A stretch of 64,000 nt of DNA, taken from NCBI GenBank assembly GCA_039621445.1, contig CP154954.1, positions 40,913,572 through 40,977,571 on the forward strand, in the 5' to 3' direction. Positions 56,934 through 64,000 of this stretch are shown here, one piece after another (positions within the stretch are counted from its first letter, which is position 1; each line of letters begins with the position of its first letter). A program made the position numbers and the translations under genes. Origin of the DNA: Euglena gracilis (Eukaryota). Below the pieces are notes generated by a model. That model was not told the DNA's origin. It was given only the letters and a program-made list of their open reading frames with translations, and ran no database searches.

Positions 56934-59900
56934 GTTTGATACTGCCGTTGCTGCATGTCACCCTGAACCGCCTGCTCTTCCCTGGGCTGCTGGCCGCCCA
57001 CCATGCCCGGGCCAAACACCGGCAGTGCGCCGCGGATGAGGTTGCATTGACGAGTTTGTGGTGTCCGCGGTTTATCGTGTTGTATGTGTGTTGTGTGAGC
57101 TTTCCAAGAGTCAATTGACATCCGCATTTCACTGGAATCACTGTCCGGAAGTGACCACAGTCGTGCCCAAATTGTTTGAATCTTGCTTGTGCACCATAAG
57201 AATGATGGTATGGAGTCCCAGGAAAAGATGCTCAGGCTTGAAGCCTCCTGAATGTGCAAGGGAGGACATACGAAGAGGTTTGGTCCCTAGTTTTGAATCC
57301 ACTGCACAACCACGTGTGTTGTGTCTGGCATACCTGGCGCATTTGCCCCTGAGCGCGCTCGCCTGTGCACGTCCACGGTGCACAGCCCGCCGCCGACCAG
57401 CCCCCGCCAGGGGTTGTTCCTCCCCAGTCGGTCCATCTCCGGTGAGCTCGCCCGGCGGGGCTCCAAGTCCAGCAGCCTCGCCAGCACCAACATTTCCCCG
57501 TCCCTCCTCTCCAACAGCTTTGTGTGTATCCTGCGCAGGGGCAGGCTCGGGCTCGGGGCCGTGTGGCCTCCGAAAGACACAGCACAAAGAGGGTGCGGCG
57601 CAGACATTCAGCCCAAAAAGGATTGCTCTGACTCTCCTTCGGCCCAGTCCTCCATCTTTTAACCACTCCAACCGATCACCTGCTGGACATGATTTGTTTT
57701 GTTTTCCACCTGTTTCATGCCAACGTACCGCAACTGGTGCCCCCAAGGAGTTTGGTCATGAATGCAAATTTGAACCCCTCCAAGTTTGCTTTTTTGCAAC
57801 AACTGACGATTTCACCCCCCATCTTTTTCAGTGTTTCAACCTTTTTTGCATTGCCTAGAATTCATAAAAAGGCAAATTGCCCCCAAATGTGCCCCGACGT
57901 TTGCCCCCAGCCTGACTCCCGCGATGAGGGTCTAGCTGAACCTCACGGCTCATGTCCTTCACTGCATAGGCATTGACCTCCTCTGGCACGGCGCTGCCCA
58001 CACAAAAACAGCTTCTTTTTTGAGTTTCCGCTTTGATTTTTTTTGAGAGGGCGGCCCGCTGGGGTGGCCATGGCCCTGACCCCTGAGCCCACCCCCCATG
58101 CAACGCCCGGTGACTGACCCGCCCGCCCTCCCGCCCCCTCACGACGAGCAGCTGTTCGAGATCTTCCAAACGTTTGCGACAGACCCAGGGCGGCTGCACT
58201 GCCTCCCCCGACCCAGGGGAGGGGCACCGGCAAGATCCTGCCTTTGGACCTCGAAATGTCGGAAGTCAGTGAGCGCAAGGCTGAGGCCCGCAGGATGTGG
58301 GGGCTTCTCTGGTTTGAAGGCAGAACACCCCCGCTCTCAACCTGCTGCCTGAATGCGACAATGCGGCAGGTTTTGCAATCTCAAATCAAATGTTCAGCCT
58401 TCAACCATCCCCCCAAAAATTGGGGGCGTGATCCCCTCAGCCCCCCCCCCCCCCATGTGACTGGAGGGTATCCGGCATCCCGATGGGACTGAGATGGCAC
58501 CTTGATTATGAATTTGTACCCATCTTAGGAATCAAAACTGCCAAAAATGTGTCTTGGATTTCTAATTGGACCTATTTTTTTCGAAGAAAAGAGTCTCAAA
58601 ATGGGCACATGCAAATTGGATGTGACGTCACGGTCAAATTTCCACATTCCCACCCCGCAACCCCTGCAGCCCCCCCCCATTGAACCCCTGCAGCGACCCA
58701 CACACCCCCATTAAAAAACAATATTTTGCTGTCTTGTGTGTCCTTTTTACCCCTGTCCAGTCCTCCAAACATCAGAAATCAGGGGGGGGGGAAGGGCAAA
58801 AACACATTTTTGTGTATTTTTTTGTTCTTTGTTCCAGTGTTGTTTCTTCAGTGTTTTTGCTGGGAATTTTTTTGACAATGAAACGTTTCTCATTTTGGCC
58901 CCAACTTTTCCCCAAGGCCAAAAATTTTTTCTGTCAATCTTTTGTCATTTTTGCATTTCTTGGTTGAAGAAAATGCTTATTATCCTGCGAAATGAAAAAG
59001 TTTCCCAGAGCCAATTTTTTTCAAGTCCTCTCCAGCAGAAAGTGTTTATCCCGGGGAAGCTCCAAAAGGAATTTCCATTCAATTTGCTTTTGTGTTGATT
59101 TTTTTGTTTATTTATGTTTTTCTTGCGTTTTTTTTGTGTGTATTTTTGTGCGTCACGTTTTTCGCTGGCCCATGCTGTGCCCCCCCCCCCCCACACAGAA
59201 ATTGGTGCAAGAAGCAGGAACTGAACGAAGGACACTCACAAAGTTCAGGAGTGCTGGGGAATTGTCAAAGGGCATTCCACCCCATGGAGGGGGAGGTCAA
59301 GAAGCCTGCCTGCTGCCAGCAGCCCCCCTGCCCCAAGGCCGTCCCCCTCCCCGCTGGGCCCAGCTCAGCTGAGCTCAGAATTCGTCCGCGGAAAGCGTCG
59401 TTTTTTTTTATAGAAAACAAGCAACAAAGATCAAATGTGGTGTTTTGAGGGCCCTTAACACCGTCGGTTGTGGTTGAGGTTTCTTGTGAGTTTGGGAACG
59501 CCCAGCCTGCAACCAGCACCTCCCCCCCCCAAAGAAGCTTTGCCCCCTGAAACCCCCAGGGAGGGGGTCCAGCCCGCACCTTTTTCCAGCCAGCATCCCC
59601 CTTCATCTCTGGCATCTCTTTGGCAACTGCCTCAGTTTCTGCAGCAACCCCCCCCCCCCCGGAAAGGCCGGGCCAGAGGTGTGGGCAGTGCAGGCGGCCT
59701 GGGACAGATGGGCTGGTCCATGTGGATCAGATCCCGACCATCCTGACCCTCCGGGATGAGAAATACTCCGCTGCCGAGTCCAGGGCTGGAAGCTTCTGTT
59801 GGGATGCCCTCCGTTGTTTTGAATTCTGGGAAGGCAGTGTTCGATGCCTGGCTCAAATGAGGACTAATGCGGCACAATTTTGCCAAAAGAGTTTGCACTT

Positions 59901-62900
59901 CTTCCCCCAGGATGGCCATATGATGGTCAGACGGTGGTGATTGCCACCAACTGTTTTTGGTGCATTTTCTCCAGTCACAAGGTGCAGAGCATGTGTAAAT
60001 CATTGCTGGAAGTGCAGACATGATGCGCGTGTGTGCGTGTTGTGCGTAACTGTGTAAAGGTGTGCGTGCGTGTGTGGGTGGGTGGGTGTTTTGGGAGCGT
60101 GTGGGCAGGTGCGAGTGAGTGTGAACGTGTGCAAGTGCTTACGTGCTCTCTCTCAACTCTCTCTTTCTCTTTGTGTGTGTTTGTGTGCGTGCATTTGTAT
60201 CAGGAGTCTTGGACTCCCAGGGGAGGGGGGTAGGACAGGTGGGTCCGGCCGAGCCCCCACGGGGGGTGTCCCCCCAGGGGCCGGTGGGATATACTTTTTG
60301 GCGCCGAATGCGCCGAAATTTTTCAAAAGGTGTTATTTTTAGCATTTTTCGCAATTCTTTTGGCCATTTTCAGGGAAAATTGAGTGGGCCCCGGGACCCC
60401 CCGTCCCCCACAGGGGGGGGGGGGTGGGTGGGGGACCCCTCCCCCGGTCTTAAAAAAAAAGCCCCCTGATTTGCATACGGATGAGTGAGTAAGTGAGTGT
60501 GTGCTTGCATGTGTTTCCCTGTGCCAATGTAGAGCGTCTGTGTATGTTTGCACCAGCCTTGCCCCTGATCGACCGGGCTGTCCATGCCACGACCCTCTCC
60601 GTCGGGGGAGGGGGCTGCCTACTGCCGTACGACCAGGTGCTGGCGGTGTGGCAAACCCTGAGCGTCCCCGGCAGCGAGGACACCACCCCCCGCTGCGACC
60701 AGAAGACGCCTGTGCCGCCGAGCTGGTGGCCGGGGTATGGATGCCTGCGCACCAGACGGCAGCACTCCCTGACGCTGGGCGTGCGCTCCAAGCCGACCAA
60801 CTGGCTGCTGTGTGTGACCCTTGTCATGGTGAGGCGCACCCCGGGCCCTTGAAATGCCATTTGCCTCGAATGGATCATCTGCACCGAAGATTTGTCAGGT
60901 TGAACTCCCATGGTATGGTTGGGTTTTACTGAGTGTACCTATGGCGGACGTTACGCCTTGTCAAATCCCCATGGGGTTGTTTGCTACCAGAGATGGGTTC
61001 GGCCCTTCTTCGGACATTTGTTGGGGGGCGTGCTAAATCCCAAAAACTCATGCCCGTGCCACTCCCACTTTTTGGACTTGGTATCTTTTAATAAACCAGT
61101 GCCTGGGTGTCATTGAGTACTCATCATTCTTGCACGAGCGCACAGTACCCACCAGGAATACTGAAAAAAATGAGTGACCTTATGACCAAGAACTGGTTAC
61201 AGATTTGATTTGGATTTGAAATGGCTGGATGAAGAGTGAGGATGCTGAAAGGATGGAGGGGGGCTGGGATCGCAGCAACCCCCAGCCTCTGTTCTCTCTT
61301 GCCAGCAGAGTCCGCCTCCCGTTGACCGTTGTGGTGGCGGCGATCATCACCGGCCTCGCCACTGCCTTTCTGTGGCGGTTCTCACCCATGGCTGGCCCAT
61401 CCCGTGCCCCGTGGCTTTGGGTGGCTTTGGGCGGGGGAGGGGGGGGATGGTCACCTGACTGGCTTGATGTGGGGCCGAGGGGGCAGGTGGGGGCCCGGCC
61501 ATGCGGGCGATCGAGCAGGAGATCCAGACGCTGCAGCGGGAGATGAACATTGTGCGGGACGCGGTGGAGTCCATCGGCGTCCGGCTCAACGAAGACTCCC
61601 ACAGCTGGAAAATCCTCTTTGCCACAACCAAGCTGTGGCTGGGTGTTTGATTACAAGCTTCTTTTTCATTCGGAAACGACGCATGCGTCGATGAATTCGG
61701 AGCCGATTTTGAGGGGCCTGCACCAAATGATTTGTGGGGATCCGAAAACCTCCGACGCAAAGTGCTCGCAAACGTTGATAAATGACCAAAGATGAAGGAA
61801 CCTGGCCATTTGAAGTGAACCAAATCAGTTTTGTCCCAAACTCCCAGGTTTTTTTTTTCAGAGCAATCAGCAGGGAATTGAGATTGTTCTGGTGTATTTT
61901 TTTGTGACCATGCGGACCTGGGCCAGGGGGATCCCAACTGGGGGTCTTGGCAGTTCCTTCTTGCCCAGCCATTTTCCCGAGGCTGGTTTGAAGCCAACCA
62001 AATCTCTGCCACATCCTTGTCTGGCTCTGGTGGCTGATGCTGAGCCTTTAGTTGTTTATTGATTACACTGCGTCCATTAATTATTGGTGCATTTTTATTA
62101 TTGCATTGTAATTAATCCTTTCAATTCAGATTATCATTTGATTATTTAATTGTTAATTATTTGATTGTTATTTAATTTTATTTATGCATTTCATTTTGGT
62201 TGAGACTCCATATTTTTGTCATGTCCTCTTCTATGCCATTTCTGTTCTGTGGCCGGAGCTTGGGCATGAGACTGATGCAAGGCAACATCATTGGTGTCGC
62301 ATATGTCAGGGACCCTGCAGCAACGTAATGTTTTAAGGAGGAGAATCATGTTCGGCAACTGAATATATTATTACATTATAGGCCTGGAGAGTTTCTCAGA
62401 CGAAAAGATACAATATTTGGCTGGGTGCATTGCATCACGATATTGAATTTGAGATTTTGATATTCATCTGATCTGATCGGATTTGATTCCCTTTCAGGCA
62501 TCAGTGTGTGTTTTGTGATATTTTTTTTGTGCATCATGCGTATCACAACGAAAATTTTGTGCATCCCCAGTGTATCGCCAAAGTTTTGTGTTTCATTGTA
62601 TATCATCAATGGCCCAGGCACTTTTGTGTATCACATATGTATCACCAAGAATTTACAGGAGAAGTCCAAATTGAAGGCGTTTTTTTTAATCATCTGTCAG
62701 GGGCTGAATAATCAAACACCTCACTGTTTTTGTAGACAGCATTCATCTCCTGACCCCGAAACCTCTCCCAGTCCATGGGCTGTGGTGATCGTATGTGCGC
62801 ACTGTACAATTGAGTCCAGTCCTGTGAGAGCAAAACCTTTGCCTTCCCTTACACCTTGCCGGGCTGGTGCTGCCCTCCTGTAAAGTGCACACTGCGTGAT

Positions 62901-64000
62901 GCTGCCCCTCAGGCTGGGTTGATCAGCCCCTCCCGGGTGGGGCTCGTGGAGTGCCCCAAAGTGTAGGAATGTGCTCAAAATGGGCCTGTTCCGGCCTTCC
63001 GGGCCTTCGCCGCCCAAACCCCCCTGGGAGAGGCCTTACACACGCCTTGGCCCGGACGGGGGCAGCGGGGACCCTCCGCCAACGCCACAGCGAACCGGTT
63101 CCTGGACGGCGTGGGGATGGCGCAGCAGGTGGTGCGGGGCCAGCTGGAGGAGGAGTGGCGGCAGCTGGTCCGGCAGGACCTTACGCTGGGCGTGCAGGAC
63201 ACCGTCGCCCAGGCCACCAACGAGGGGCAGCCGCCTCGGCTGGGTTCGACCAGCGGGAGACTGCAAATGCGTTTTCCGTGTTGTGTGTGATGTGTGTGTT
63301 CGATTTCGAACAAAATTTCGGTTTTTTTTGATTTTGTTTTTTTTTTAGTGGGACACTTTTCCATTTTCGCCAACAATGAATTTGGCATGGAAAAAGAAAC
63401 TTCATTTTTGATTTTTTTTTTCACCTGATCTTTTGTGGGTCATTGTCGTGTTCCTTTAGGGGGTGCTGCAATCAGCAGCTGTGCTTCAAGCAAGGGCCCG
63501 TTCCTCCTCTGCTCCATTTCGGGTGTCACCGTCCGAGCGATGCCCAACACGGCATCTGCCCCGCCACATTGGGCCACGTTGGGGCGGGGTTGCGGGCCTG
63601 GCGGTAACTGGCTGGCGGCGCTCAACACCAGCGCGGCGCCGCTCGTCGACGCCCTCAACCAGCAGTCCGCCGCCCGGGACATCACGCTGGGGCGGTGGGC
63701 GGACGCGAGGCGCACTGCGATCACAGTGCTCACCGCCCACAACGTCTCCGGCCCCCCAGCGCGGCGTTGGTGCACAACCGCTGGGGTAAACGAGGGCGGG
63801 GTGGCAGGGGGGGGGGATGGAAGGTGTGAAGCAGCGCAGCCTCCACCTGTACTCCGCTGCATGCTTTTGACCCCCCGCGTATTAAGCCCGGAGGGCGGCC
63901 ACGTTGGCCTGTGGCAGCGTTTCACGCCTCGTACACCTCTCAAGCACCTTCACCTCCGGGGGACACTGACTGAGTCACACGCGGCGCTGCTGCCAGTGTG
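56934..64000 (+). CDS. Multi-exon gene for a probable transmembrane protein (possible degenerate EF-hand, TM helix, then helical domain); continues beyond the window
   Basis: Exons 56934-57019, 57351-57521, from 57911, about 58130-58300 (EQLFEIFQTF...GTGKILPLDL), about 59700-59777, 60557-60821, 61330-61383, 61509 to about 61600, 63091 to about 63240, and about 63550-63786. Joined segment: NWLLCVTL|VVAAIITGLATAFLWRFS|IEQEIQTLQREMNIVRDAVESIGVRLNED. Confidence 0.7.
57020..57350 (+). other. Nonconventional intron
   Basis: CGG-CAGTGCGCCG ... TGGCGCATTTG-CCCCT stem. In-frame join RAKH|ERARL. No suitable AG was found before the downstream exon. Confidence 0.65.
60201..60468. mobile_element. MITE with CAG...CTG ends and TSD ATTTGTAT/ATTTGCAT
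   Basis: Reverse-oriented relative of the 33382 element with a 7/8 TSD. Confidence 0.85.
60822..61329 (+). other. Nonconventional intron with residual 8-bp TSD
   Basis: ACCCTTGT-CATGGTGAGGCGCAC ... GTCCGCCTCCCGTTG-ACCGTTGT. In-frame join CVTL|VVAA. Confidence 0.85.
61384..61508 (+). other. Nonconventional intron
   Basis: ACC-CATGGCTGG ... CCGGCCATG-CGGGC stem. In-frame join WRFS|IEQE. Confidence 0.8.

Noticed and set aside
57323-57530. Minus-strand exon with GTATGC donor
   Set aside because: The plus-strand frame joins in phase with both neighbouring exons.

Overview
Eukaryotic, repeat-dense genomic DNA, most likely from a euglenid. The evidence is TTAGGG repeats and GC3-rich short exons separated by both GT/GC-AG introns and stem-bounded non-GT-AG introns. 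The window holds two degenerate DIRS-type tyrosine-recombinase retroelements (1-4.7 kb), further retroelement fragments (42.7-44.1 kb), three or four multi-exon genes of unknown function (minus strand about 8-17.7 kb, 20.7-24.8 kb and 27.6-40.9 kb; plus strand 56.9 kb to beyond the window end), many often nested MITEs, tandem repeats and long hairpins. Main observation: eight exon junctions are bounded by terminal stems of the form N3-CA...TG-N5, and in seven of them this cut restores an independently evident reading frame. Young intronic MITEs have CA(G)...(C)TG termini and 8-bp target-site duplications (TSDs). Since 3+5=8, splicing would erase such an insertion exactly. One intron retains a 7/8 TSD and another a MITE-like terminal repeat, suggesting a MITE-to-nonconventional-intron continuum. 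All gene models were assembled by eye and need RNA evidence.
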